From Octopus sinensis (Eukaryota), in contig NC_043018.1 in assembly GCF_006345805.1 (NCBI RefSeq), positions 744,001 to 808,000 on the forward strand: a DNA stretch of 64,000 nt, given 5' to 3'. Position numbers and translations under genes: made by a program. Below the pieces are notes generated by a model. That model worked only from the letters and a program-made list of their open reading frames with translations. It did no database searches and was not told the DNA's origin. This document shows positions 1-12,345 of this stretch, one piece after another (the stretch's first letter is position 1; each line of letters opens with the position of its first letter).

Positions 1-510
1 ACGTGTAAAGTTTTGTATAGATCAGATGCTACTATTTCCAAAACAGCTCATTATAGTTAACGACGTAATTTTGCAGATTATAACGTAACCTTAGACCTGC
101 GATTCCCTTCGATTCATATTGTAGCCATCATATAAATTTGAACACATTTTTGCTAATAGGCTACATATACTTTTTTAATCACTTTCCAGAAAGAGTAAGC
201 CTAAAAGCTTTTTGGGAATGAGAAGCCTCTAAAGAAATATCACATATGAATTTGGCAAGGGACTAGTAGACATATATCCACATATAAATTGGGAGCAAAT
301 CTCTAAGAATTCAAACTAATATTGTAACGGAGGGAGTTTATATTTGTCGCTTTTTGAAAAATTGTTGGGTAACTTCATGTAATACTGTGCCACTAGAGGA
401 AGAAGGTCGACTCGGTGAAACGGATAAGCAACTAGATGAGGCAAAATGAAACGAAGCTCTACCCTATAGTTAGATGGCGTGAAAGATATGAAGTTATATA
501 TATATATATA

Positions 511-931
511 CTCTTTTACTCTTTTACTCTTTTACTTGTTTCAGTCATTTTGACTGCGGCCATGCTGTAGCACCGCCTTAGTCGACAAATCGATCTCGGG
601 ACTTATTCTTTGTAAGCCTAGTACTTATTCTATCGGTCTCTTTTGCCGAACCGCTAAGTGACGGGGATGTAAACACACTAGCCATCGGTTGTCAAGCAAT
701 GTTAGGGGGACAACATAGACACACAAACACACACGCATATATATATAATATATATATATATACATATATACGACAGGCTTCTTTCAGTTTCCATCCACCA
801 ATCCACTCACAAGGCATTGGTGGCCCGGGGCTATAGCAGAAGACAACTAACACAGATGCCACGCAGTGGGACTGAACCCGGAATCATGTGGTTGGTTAGC
901 AAGCTACTTACCACACAGCCACTCCTGCGCC
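511..931 (-). mobile_element. tRNA-derived SINE, family A (head GGCGCAGGAGTGGCTGTGTGGTAAG, internal (AT/GT)n, (AAAAGAGT)n tail), full length
   Basis: The reverse complement has an A-box-like TGGCTGTGTGG and a B-box-like GGTTCAGTCCC. It is close to the copies at 34807-35212 and 44080-44482. The tail reads ctcttttactcttttactc on the + strand. Confidence 0.9.
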
Positions 932-1451
932 TATATATATATTATTATTATTATTATTATTATTATCATCATCATCATCATTATCATTATTGCTGTAAGG
1001 CCAGGCATATTTAGGCTTCTAAAAATACTCTTAGGAACTACTTTTGTACTAGTGGGGCTAATGCACACCAGAAGAGGTTGTAAAAGCATCGAAAACTCGA
1101 TCAGATTTCAACTGGATTTTCCTCATATGGCAGTATTCAGATATAGTATATTTTAGCTCATTGGACAGATATAACATAGGTTGTTCGTAATTAAAATTAG
1201 TCGGTTACACAGGCCACACAATATTGATATGCAGAGTCGATTTATATGGCACATTTAGACTGGGACACGGTTACTGGAATTTGAATACGTCCTTCCCTGC
1301 ACCGAAAGACTAGACGCATCGGATTAGTGAACTTGTTAGGCGGCAGTGGATCGTGCTAAAGCGGTCCATTAAGGTAGAATTAACAAAGTGTTAACAATAG
1401 AATGACATAGACTGGAGGGACAACTAATTAGCAAACTAAAAGCGGTTATTT

Positions 1452-1694
1452 GAGTTCAAATTCCGCCGAGGTCGAAGAATCGTTAGCACGTCGGGTGAAA
1501 TGCTTAGCGGTATTTCGGCTGCTGTTACGTTGTGAGTTCAAATTCCGCCGAGGTCGACTTTGCCTTTCATCCTTTCGGGTTCGATAAATTAAGTACCAGT
1601 TAAGCACTGGGGTCGATATAATCGACTCAATACCTATGTCTGTCCATGTTTGTCCCGGCTATGTTTAACCCCTTGTGGGTAATAAAGAAATAGG
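1452..1694 (+). mobile_element. tRNA-derived SINE, family M (Meta-domain-like core GCCTTTCATCCTTTCGGGGTCGATAAATTAAGTACCAG), with a duplicated B-box segment at its 5' end
   Basis: It matches the copies at 28261, 35445 and 47740. GAGTTCAAATTCCGCCGAGGTCGA occurs twice (1452 and about 1534). The Meta-domain assignment rests on a recalled consensus. Confidence 0.85.
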
Positions 1695-2099
1695 TTATTA
1701 ATAAAGGAATCACGAACGGCCTGCTTCTCGTGAGATTAGCACTCGGCCAATTCTTCTCAACGAAACCCTAGGGTTGTGGTGTCAGAGCTAGACCCCATGC
1801 GTCGAAACGCGTGGGAACTAAAGTTGTCTGATGGTAAAGACGTGACGAAAATCCACGATTAGGTTTTGACATTGGTTCCGAGCAGATCTGTAGGGCAACT
1901 CTTGAGCCACACGTTGTGCGGCTGTTTGGGGAGGGCAATGGATCGACGATGTTAGTAGACTTCGTTTCGTACATAGATGGCCTCTCATGGCTCTTGGCAG
2001 CAGACGCAAATTTCTACAAGTATTGTTCAATGGTAAAATCTTTTCTTCGTTTACTTCTATCGATTCACACAACTATCCAATACAAACACACAATGACAC

Positions 2100-2176
2100 A
2101 CAGAGATACACGTATATGTACATATACCTCTCTATATCAATATATAACTGTGGGCACGTGTACATATACGTATATG

Positions 2177-2215
<39 letters not shown>

Positions 2216-2222
2216 TATATAA

Positions 2223-2277
<55 letters not shown>

Positions 2278-2420
2278 TATATACATATGTATATATATGT
2301 ATGTATATATGCATATATATATTATATATAATATTATATATATAATATATATATAATATATATATATATATAATATATATACGTAGATACGTTCACACGC
2401 ACACTCACACATGTATATAT
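2100..2420. repeat. Imperfect (AT)n microsatellite. Similar tracts: 3220-3540, 3838-4136, 7780-8140, 14285-14660, 15440-15590, 18780-19540, 24520-24860, 31675-32040, 32715-33200, 33575-34005, 46228-46300, 47170-47315, 50890-51430, 54080-54845, 57580-58115, 61005-61580, 61900-61960
   Basis: Dinucleotide runs are directly visible. They explain the YIYIYI ORFs in the track. Confidence 0.97.
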
Positions 2421-3458
2421 ATTGAATAGATACTCATAACTACGTGCACTGAGCGTACGAAACTACACATTGTTAGTGTACAACAACGAGCATACAAAGC
2501 ATATGTAAGCTGAGTATAATATAATAGTATGATTACATACAAATGCACATTCGTGCGCAAATATGCGTACATATGCTCACAGTCACACACAGACACTCGC
2601 GCCCTCACAAACACATACATAATTATAAATGTATGTATGTTTATACGTATACACATATTATCAGCGATTAGATTTACGTGTATTTATAAATAGTTCTGGC
2701 CTTAACGTTATAATAATGAAGAGCATACAGAAACTGATATAATTCAAAACGAATACAAAAGTACTTCAAATAAGAAAAGAAATATAATCACACACCCACC
2801 GACAGCCGCCACAGTCAGAAACACGATCTCACACGGACATACTCACAAGTCAATGAGGATACACATATATGCTGAAGTGGGCAGATAGCATTGACTATTT
2901 TCATTGATTCGATATTCAAGGAGAAATATGCGTATTTATTCATGTATCGCACATTCGTATTTGGAACAAACGGTAGAGAAAACAGGTTTTGTTGGTGAGC
3001 ACGTTTATAATTAATTCTCCTTCATTAAAGACTTGATCTGCTGAACTGAAGATATGAACAAGAGACCAACACAAACATCAATATCATAACACGGACTACG
3101 AACACACCCGAACAAATATACACTTGTATGTATATCTATGCGGTTTTATATCTACAGAGAGAGAGAGAGGACACACACACACCACACACACAACGAATAC
3201 AAATACACACACCCAGATGTATATATAATATATATATATATTATATATATATATATGTGTGTGTGTATATATATATAGTATGTATATATATATATATTAA
3301 TATTATATATATACATCTGGTGGGTGTGTGTATTTGTGTTCGTGTGTTGTGATAATATATATATATATATATATATATACAAACATACATGCATACATAC
3401 ATATATGTATATAACATATATTATATATATATATATATATATAAATACATATATAAAT

Positions 3459-3541
<83 letters not shown>

Positions 3542-3836
3542 CGTGCTTACATAAATACATCATTGATTTGGCGTGATTGTGTGTCTCTCTTATAGAGGGT
3601 CCTGTTGGTATATGAAGGTAGCATTATGTGAACGTTGTGTATTAATCATATATATATATATGTAAACATGAAAATATGTTTCCGCTTCCTTTTTTGGAAA
3701 ACATCCTGTTGTTTGCTATTTATATTACAAAATACAAAAGAATTTTTTTCGACGAGCAATTACAAAATTCTACACGCACACATAAACATCACAGCGGCAC
3801 TATCATTCACGTAGACACACAACAAACCAACACACG

Positions 3837-3945
<109 letters not shown>

Positions 3946-4073
3946 TATATATATATATATATGAGTGTATGTATATATATATACATATGTATATATTTTT
4001 ATATATATATATGTGTGTATATATATATTTATGTTATATGTGTATATTATATATGTATTTATACGAACACATA

Positions 4074-4136
<63 letters not shown>

Positions 4137-4140
<4 letters not shown>

Positions 4141-4681
4141 GGTATTGGTGTCTGGACGACCCAAAATATATCGGTTAAATGCAAATTAAGTGCTGTGGAT
4201 AGAACACGGTTAGGCTCCAACCGCGATAATGATACGAGTAACGTGGGTCATTAATTGGCGTTCCCGTATATAAATTTACAGAATGAGATGAAAACAGCCG
4301 AGGCACTAAATAGATTTCATAACATTTATCACGAAAAAGGTCTTACAGCTGTTTCCGTGATATTTTATACATGTATATTTGGAATACAGTTATAAGTTAT
4401 AGTTGTTTAAATCTTCTAAGGGATAGATATATCTAAAGGCATTCCTGATAATTACCTTAGTAGATATAACTCTTGTAAAAGTTATTCGACAGCAAGTAAT
4501 TTAGCTGGTAAACGATGGTTAAATTTATATAGACAATAAGAAAATGGAGGTAAAATAACAAGTGTGTCCTTTGCGCTAGGAAATTTATTTGATTAGTTAA
4601 GGAAGTTGAGCACGTACCTTAGCTAATTTTTCCTCCATTTTATTATCGTCTGTATATTTGAAATATACATATATATCCTGA
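4137..4681 (-). mobile_element. Penelope-like pseudo-LTR remnant abutting (TA)n, with the 3' half of a hammerhead motif and long internal inverted repeats
   Basis: The minus strand reads GAAAC-AGCT-GTA-AGACC at 4339-4355, with a palindromic stem III. An inverted repeat pairs 4521-4560 with 4620-4659. The element runs into the (AT)n tract ending at 4136. Confidence 0.5.
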
Positions 4682-4699
4682 TTATTTTCTTACATTTAC

Positions 4700-4967
4700 G
4701 TTTTTCAGTCATTTGACTGCGGCGATGTTGGAGCATTGCTTTGAAAGGGTCAAGCGGGGATAGGGGACAAACACAAACACTTAGTCTCATCAAATCAAAT
4801 TGAGAGATATGTATATATTTGCGTTTGAGCGTCTATTCGACGGGCTTATTTTATTTTCCGTCTACCAAATCCACTCGCAAATATTTTGTGGACCCAAGAT
4901 GCCATGCAGTGGAACTGCACCCTTAACTATGTGGTTGGGAAGTAAGCTTTTTACCAATCAGCCACGC
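4700..4967 (-). mobile_element. Degenerate family A SINE
   Basis: The blocks tcagtcatttgactgcggc, ccgtctaccaaatccactc and atgtggttgggaag match family A. Confidence 0.75.
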
Positions 4968-5038
4968 TGATATACATACATACATACATACATACATACA
5001 TACATACATACATACATACATACATACATGCATATATA

Positions 5039-5533
5039 GGCGCAGGCATGGCTGTGTGGTAGGAAGTTTGCTTCACAACCACATGGTTTCGGGTTCAATC
5101 CCTTTGTATGACATCTTGGATAGGTGATTTCTATTATGAATTCGGGTCGACCAAGGCCATGTGAAACGATTTGGTAGACGGAAACTGTGAGAAGCCCATC
5201 GTATATATATATATATATACATGTATGTATGTATATATACATATGTATGTATATTTATACATGTATGTGTATATATATATATGTATGTATATACACATGT
5301 ATGTATATTTGTGCATTTGTCTGTGTGTTTATGTGTGTTCCCCCACCATAGCTCGACAGCCGATGTTGGTGTGCGTACGTCCGCATAACTTAGCGGGTCG
5401 GCAAAACAGAGTGATAGAATAAGTACTTGGCTTACATAGAAGAAGACCTGTGGTCGATTAGTTCGACTAAAGGCGGAGCTCCAGCATGGCCACAGTGAAA
5501 TGCCTGAAACAAGTAAAAGAATAAAAGAATAAG
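5039..5533 (+). mobile_element. Family A SINE, head-to-head with the copy at 4700-4967
   Basis: It has the GGCGCAGGCATGGCTGTGTGG head, the gatttggtagacggaaactg block and the ccagcatggccacag...gaaacaagtaaaaga tail. Confidence 0.85.
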
Positions 5534-6384
5534 AATAAAATTAAGAATATACATAAATATATATGTCTCCATAGACATATATTTATACATATATACATAA
5601 TATATATATATATATGTGTGTGTGTGTACATTGGTTTCACCTACGCACATTACATAATCGTATCTAGTTCTATTTCTTCCAGTCCAGTGTATCACTTTGA
5701 ATGAGCAGTACGTGTAAATCAATGTGAGATTTTTACATATTTGTAAGCCTCAATAGCATTATATATCGAACAATATTATATCGGAATATATATTTCCTAT
5801 CTCTGTAGCTTCATTGTAAGTAGCATACAGGTAGCATTCTATGATTTATAACAAGGTGAATAAGGTTGCAACTATTATATATTTTTCACGGCGGTGGATT
5901 GTCGCCTAGCTCTCTACCTTAGGGTTTTTGCTAATTCAAGTGTATATGATGTAAAAATAAATGAACACAAACGTGAAAATTGAGTCTTTGCTATAACTTG
6001 AAAACATTTCAGGGATTCCAGATCATAATGCGACTGAGATACGTAAGTAATAACAGCAACCGAAGCTGAAAAATTGTTTTACCTTTTATGTGTTGATTGA
6101 AATGTCATTATCGAGATAAATTGGATATCCTTTATGCAAACAATGCACTACAGATGCTTTACATCAATCTATAGCATACAAAACTTTGCAGTCTACGACA
6201 GAGCCTTCGTGTCATCATTCGTGCTTTCACAAATTGCAATCGAATCTCCAATTCACTCTCTACACACCTAAAACAGGAGCTGTTGTATGATGCGACCTTG
6301 GGTTTGATCCATATGAATTATATAATCTCCACTCACATTTGCAGTGGTTTCGAACCTCATCTCGTATAAGCAGAGTTATTAAAC

Positions 6385-6575
6385 ATATGATAAATTGTCT
6401 TGCGGCATTTATTCCAGAATATCCGTTCCGATATCAAATCCCACTGGATATCAACTTTGCATTTCACACGCCCGGTGTCAATAAAATATAGCGCCATCTA
6501 ACAGCTGTATTCGATGTTACCAACCAACCAACCAGCCTCTCCTTTCAATACTGCGGGCCTTGTTCCTAAAAGGGT
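6385..6575 (+). mobile_element. Highly degenerate family M SINE
   Basis: tcaaatccc...tcaactttgcatttcac...gtcaataaaat...gggccttgttcc follows the family M block order. Confidence 0.45.
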
Positions 6576-6834
6576 AGTTGTTTTAGTTTACCACAATAAA
6601 CTTTGCCCCAAGGAAACATGATACTTCATCATACATATCAGTGTCAATTAGAATTATAAACTTACTAGGAATGGTGGTGTGATCCCATGGCATGAGGGAA
6701 GCTGTCCTGGGATCACACGCTTACCCAGAAAGGGCTTCTCTCAAACGTACTGACGAAACCTAAAGCTGGTATCTAAGCACATCGGAATTCGTAGTTTCTC
6801 CTCGAAGAAAGAGAGTACTTGCCAGTAATATACA

Positions 6835-7142
6835 CGCGGGCATGGCTCTGTGGTAAGATGTTTGCTTCCCAATCTCGTGAATCCCTGTTCAGTTCCACTG
6901 CGCTCCTCCTTGGGCAACTCTTTTATACTATGGTGTCGGGCCAACAAAAGCCTTGTGAGTGGATTTGGTAGAGTCCGACCAATATATGTGTGTGTGTGTA
7001 TTTGTGTGTGTGTGTTTGTGTGTGTGTATGTGTGTGTGTGTGTGTACCTGTGTGAATATGCGTGTTTGCGTGCTTGTTCGGGAGTGTGTGTGTGTCTGTG
7101 CCTAGCATGGTTGCAGTCTAATGATTGAAACAAGCAAAAGAT
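6835..7142 (+). mobile_element. Degenerate family A SINE with an internal deletion
   Basis: It has the catggctctgtggtaag head, the gccttgtgagtggatttggtaga block and the agcatggttgcagtc...gaaacaagcaaaaga tail. Confidence 0.75.
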
Positions 7143-7779
7143 GCCGTTCTGCGCAGAGTGATGCGATGTAGTTTACTTGTTGCAAAGGAAAATTTTATTC
7201 CGGTAGTGACAATTATGTTTAAGCAGGAGATACATCCGGTTACAGGTAAGAAGATTTTGCTTTTGTCTGTAGGGTCTTTCTGCTGAAATCAACAAACAGG
7301 GGGCTGTTGATTTTTCTGATAAAACAAATGCTAAGTCCCGTTGTAAATGTACACATTTAGTTTCTGAACTGAATCAGAGAGAGAAAGATATCGTTCCTTG
7401 TACTTTTGCGATATCTTAGTATAAATGCTAGATTTGGCGTCCACGCAGCCTGTCATAGTACAAACACCACCGCATTTCTTCTATCAATATATTTTTTTAC
7501 GGTTAGATAGAGTTTGTTACAGAGAGATTGTCTGCCCTGGCAGAATTCTATTAATCCATGATGGAACTAATATATTGTTTTTACACGAGTTGTTTCTTTG
7601 TAGTATTGAAATATGGCTACCTGCGAATGTTGTGTGTTTAAGTGTGGTTTTCTACTTCGTTTAGTTTCTTCTCTTTGTTTCGTACCTATCGCTGATACAT
7701 TGTAATCTACTGCATGCATGAATGTGTATGTGTATACAAGTCCGTATGAGTAGCTGAAATTCATATATATATACGCACG

Positions 7780-7819
<40 letters not shown>

Positions 7820-7987
7820 ATATATATATACTGTAAGTATATGCCCATGTGTGTATGTAAATATATATGTAAATATATGTAAGTATATACACACATATAT
7901 ATATATATACAGTAAGTATACGCTCATATGTGTGGTGTATTGTAATATATATATATATATATATAAATATATATGTATCTCTCTCTC

Positions 7988-8039
<52 letters not shown>

Positions 8040-8040
8040 G

Positions 8041-8074
<34 letters not shown>

Positions 8075-8408
8075 TATGTATATAGATATATATATATATA
8101 TATCTATGCATGTGTATGTATGTATGTTGTATGTATATACGTGTAGCAGGCTTATGATGTTAGTATAATGGCCGATCTTTTGATGTGTTCTTTATTAAAA
8201 AATAAGCAAAGGTGGAAACCTAACAGAAGAAGTCAATACATTTGCTGAAACTGTTGCTTCCTTGCGTTTTTTGTTGTTGTTGTTGTTGTTGTGCTACTCG
8301 TGATTCTTTTCTTGCTAGTCAACCCTAATCATTTTGACATATCATCAAAGAAAACGTACGACTGACCATCTTCCCGTCTTACATGCATACAATACTACAT
8401 CAACATGT

Positions 8409-8739
8409 GAGGGCGCGTGGCTTAGTGGTTAGGGCATTCGGCTCATGATCGTAAGGTTGTGAGTTCGATTCCCGGCGACGCGCTGTGTCCTTGAGCAAGA
8501 CACTTTATTTCACGTTGCTCCAGTCCACTCAGCTGCCAAAAATGAGTTGTACTTGTATTTCAAAGGGTCAGCCTTGTCACTCTCTGTGTCACGCTGATTA
8601 TCCCCGAGAACTACGTTAAGGGTACACGTGTCTGTGGAATGCTCAGCCATTTGCACGTTAATTTCACGAGCAAGCCGTTCCGTTGATAGTATCAGCTGGG
8701 ACCCTCGTCGTCGTAACCGGCGGAGTCTTTTTTTTTTTA
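8409..8739 (+). mobile_element. tRNA-derived CORE-like SINE, family B (resembles octopus OR-type SINEs), poly-T tail, 12-bp TSD
   Basis: A box TGGCTTAGTGG, B box GTTCGATTCC and a CORE-like GTCCTTGAGCAAGACACTT are present. The TSD ACTACATCAACA is at 8394-8405 and 8740-8751. The 3' part is shared with family C. Confidence 0.9.
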
Positions 8740-9094
8740 ACTACATCAACAAATAGAAACTGCACATCTATAAGCCGGCATAGAACTATATGGTAACTAA
8801 CTTCAAGCAGATTCAGTAACTATATAGATTCTCCCTCACTGATTCATTTTGGAATTAGTATTAGATATATGGTCTTAGAAATTTAGGGGTAGATTAGAGT
8901 ACCCTGCTTACTCTAATCTTACAGTGAAGGAGGAATTAGAAATGGGATTTTCGTTTACTGTATCAAAAGATATGTAGTCAGTTTTCGTAGAAGAACGTTT
9001 AAAACAATGCTTGTCTTCTATAAGCTCGGGATTCCTTCGGCGATTTTGAAGTAACGTTTCTATAGTTACTTCATATAGTTATTTCGTTCTCCAT

Positions 9095-10051
9095 ATTTCT
9101 TTATTGCCCGCAAGGGGGTAAATATAGAGGGTACAAACAAGGACAGACAAAAGGATCATGTCGATTACATTGACTCCAGTGCGTAACTGGTACTTATTTA
9201 ATCGACCCCGAAAGAATGACAGTCAAAGTCGACCTCGGCGTAATTTGAACTTGGTACGTTACAGCAGACGAAATACCTATTTCTTTACTACCAACAAGGG
9301 GCTAACACAGAGAGAACAAACAAGGACAGACAAACGGATTAAGTCGATTATATAGACCCCAGTACGTAACTAGTACTTATTTAATCGACCCCGAAAGGAT
9401 GAAAGGCAAAGTCGACCTCGGGGTAATTTGAACTCGGAACGTAACGGCAGACGAAATACCTATTTCTTTACTACCCACAAGGGGCTAAACACAGAGAGGA
9501 CAAACAAGGACAGAATGAACGGATTAAGTCGATTATATCGATCCCAGTGTGTAACTGGTACTTAATTAATCGACGCTGAAAGGATGAAAGGCAAAGTCGA
9601 CCTCGGCGTAATTTGAACTGAGAACGTAACGGCAGACGAAATACCTATTTCTTTACTACCCACAAGGGGCTAAACACAGAGAGGACAAACAAGGACAGAC
9701 AAATGGATTAAGTCGATTATATCGATCCCAGTGCGTAACTGGTGCTTATTTAATCGACCCCGAAAGAATGAAAGGCAAAGTCGACCTCGGCGTAATTTGA
9801 ACTCGGAACGTAACGGCAGACGAAACACCTATTTCTTTACTAACCACACGGGGCTAAACACAGAGCGGACAAACAAGGACAGATTTAACGGATTAAGTCG
9901 ATTATATCGACCCCAGTGCGTAACTGGTACTTATTTAATCGACCCCGAGAGGATGAAAGGCAAAGTCGACCTCGGCGTAATTTGAACACGGAACGTAACG
10001 GCAGACGAAATACCGCTAAGCATTTCGCCCGGCGTGCTAGCTCGCCGCCTT
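9095..10051 (-). repeat. Tandem array of family M SINE: one head followed by five ~184-bp bodies
   Basis: The CGAAATACC-like junction recurs at 9269, 9452, 9637, 9821 and 10006 (period 183-185). A full head is present only at about 10015-10051. Confidence 0.92.
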
Positions 10052-10287
10052 CATTCATTTCATTTATTTCAGTTATGTCATTCTTTATATGTTGATATAT
10101 TAAAGGAGAAAATTTCGGAAGTGATATTTTGATTTATTTTGACGTTGTTTCATTCGAGTTCCGAATTGTCAAACCTAAGGGGTTAAAAATCGTAATCACT
10201 CACAGCTATATTAAGGGTCAATAGGGTCAAAATTACACATTAAAGGATCCATTATTCTTGCATATCAGGTATTTTAGACAACGAAAC

Positions 10288-10543
10288 TATCATCGTTGTG
10301 ATCGTTGTCATCATCGTCGTCATCGTCGTCAAGATCGTCATCACTATCCTCATCATGATCGTTATCGTAGTCATCATAGCCGTCGTCGTCGTCGTCGTCG
10401 TCATGATTATAACGATTCCGGTATCATGATGACTTGATTGCCATTATCAATGTCGTCATCATTGTCGTCGTCGTCGTTATTGGCGTCAAAAGCATCATTA
10501 ATCAACATTCTCGTGGTGGATGAAGTCATCGCTCTCACCATCG

Positions 10544-10574
<31 letters not shown>

Positions 10575-10583
10575 AACCACCAC

Positions 10584-10626
<43 letters not shown>

Positions 10627-10715
10627 GTCGTCGTCCTCATCATCGCCCTCCTCCTCCTCCTCCTCCTCCTCCTCATCATCATCATCTACAATCCTCGTTA
10701 TCTCATCGTGTTCAT

Positions 10716-10746
<31 letters not shown>

Positions 10747-10800
10747 AGCAGCAGTAGTAGTGGCAGTGCGTGTACCAGCATCGGCATCAACTAACATCAT
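10288..10800. repeat. Degenerate (ATC/GTC/CTC/AGC)n trinucleotide tract. Similar tracts: 15680-16245, 34270-34660, 42880-43160 (CTT/ATT), 59520-59906 (CAA/CTA/TAG), 60361-60715 (GAT/GAC)
   Basis: The repeats are directly visible and produce the poly-M/D/I/H/S ORFs. Confidence 0.93.
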
Positions 10801-11059
10801 TAAGTACAGATATCAACGTTTAGCGAGGAAAAAGTTACAGTTGTGTTGGAATAGTAACGTGATAGTCTGAAAACAGCCAATATTTCAGAAATTAAAAAAA
10901 AATAAACGTATTGCATTTACCTATAAAAAATCTCATCAAAATAGTTTATATTACAACATTGCCTCATATTCCTCTAAACAGGTTCTCAAAACTCAATCAA
11001 GATTCTAGTAGCTACTATTTCATTGCTTATTATTTTAAAGAACCTCATATCTTGAAACA

Positions 11060-11800
11060 TGATTAAGTATTGTGCCGCGAAATAGTAATTCATGTGAAGT
11101 GGTGCCTTCTGATGCAATGCTTCCCGTATAGCATATTGTTGATGACGGAGGTAATACTGTTGAGGAAATGTTTTGTTGTAGGTTATATTTTCAGTACATA
11201 CATATGACTAAGCGGATATACCATAGGAAACGTTTAGCTAAAGACAATCACATCAGTTTCTTAGGATTTCTGCATCTCATCCTACAACACAGCAGGGTGT
11301 CGGTTGTAGGAAATATTTCTAGGACATTTGTATTTCTGATGTCTATAAAGTATTTATAACTTCTGTCGCTGCCTCGTTGTTCTCTTAATGTAGCATCTAT
11401 TACCTATATAATTACACACTTCTCTATTTCTTTCATGGGGTAGAAAGGGCTCCTTAGCCGTAGTGAAGGCAATCTATCTAGGGAGATAACCTTACAATAA
11501 ATCACTGGGTCCGTAGCTTAGAAATACTGGGTTGACGTCCAGCGGGAATAGCTTTGTTTCATGGAGGAGGAAAGATCTTCTTTAGTACTTGGTTGTACAA
11601 TCTTTCCAATGTGTGTAGTAGTGGCGCACGCACACATTATTAGCCATTTGAAAAGACTATGAAAGTCTCGACCACGGTCGAACGATGATGAAATGATGAT
11701 GATGATTTCTTTCATTCTCTGCGTTAGTGTATTAAAATATTGATCCTTCAGAGATGCAAAAGGAAGAGAAATTAAATAGAATCCGCGTATCATTGAATAA
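11060..11800 (-). pseudogene. Probable decayed Penelope-like element ORF (linker plus GIY-YIG endonuclease region)
   Basis: The minus-strand translation gives ...LISLPFAS...SSFDRGRDFHSLFK..CAC...IGKIV, then YPMK..CVII..ATL...YKYFIDI...LSLAKRFLWY...ENITYN. This follows the order of recalled PLE motifs (WFNPPF, HxLxKIFN, SYSC, CPL..VIYxA..YIG, LSKxIW). It contains many stops and shifts. Confidence 0.4.
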
Positions 11801-12345
11801 ATGGATAATCTAACTTCTGAAGACTTCGTATGTCACGTGAGGTGTGATGATAACTCTTCATGAAAATATTTTTTTCCTGTATATGACCCGGAAATATTGC
11901 TTTTATTTTATAAAAGACTAGCGAGCCTTCATTTAATTAAACCACCTAACTCCGCGACCATCATTGTTTCAAAGAAAAGAGAAAACCTGCATTAATCTAG
12001 CAAAAATGTGGAACCGAATTCCTTATTGCAAGTAGATGCCAAAATGAATAAACAGAAAAACAGAAAATGCAAAACGCTAGACGACATCCCACCCAGCATT
12101 TTTAAAATTCTATCAATTCACTTTCCATTCATGAATATTTATGTAAAGCAACGTAAGAATATTCATATAAACTGATCCTAACAGAATTTGATGTTGGAAC
12201 GTAAAGGGCCGGAATAAATTATATGGCAATGCATTATGACCGAGGCCATAATAACCGGACAAATCGGATGTCATAAGTCATTTATTTTCTCTAGTTGTTA
12301 TGCACTGTGAATCATCCAGTGTTCATATAATAATATGCTATTCAA

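Noticed and set aside
1792-1820. GAC..GTC-GAAACGCGT hammerhead-like 3' half
   Set aside because: There is no CUGANGA, and the triplet would be GUG.
1000-2060. Possible RTE 3' remnants flanking the SINE at 1452
   Set aside because: The peptide similarity (e.g. [10 protein letters not shown]) is too weak to support without an alignment.
8409-8485. tRNA-like sequences at SINE heads (also 25781, 44633, 62306)
   Set aside because: They continue into SINE bodies with TSDs and lack a proper acceptor stem, so they are not tRNA genes.
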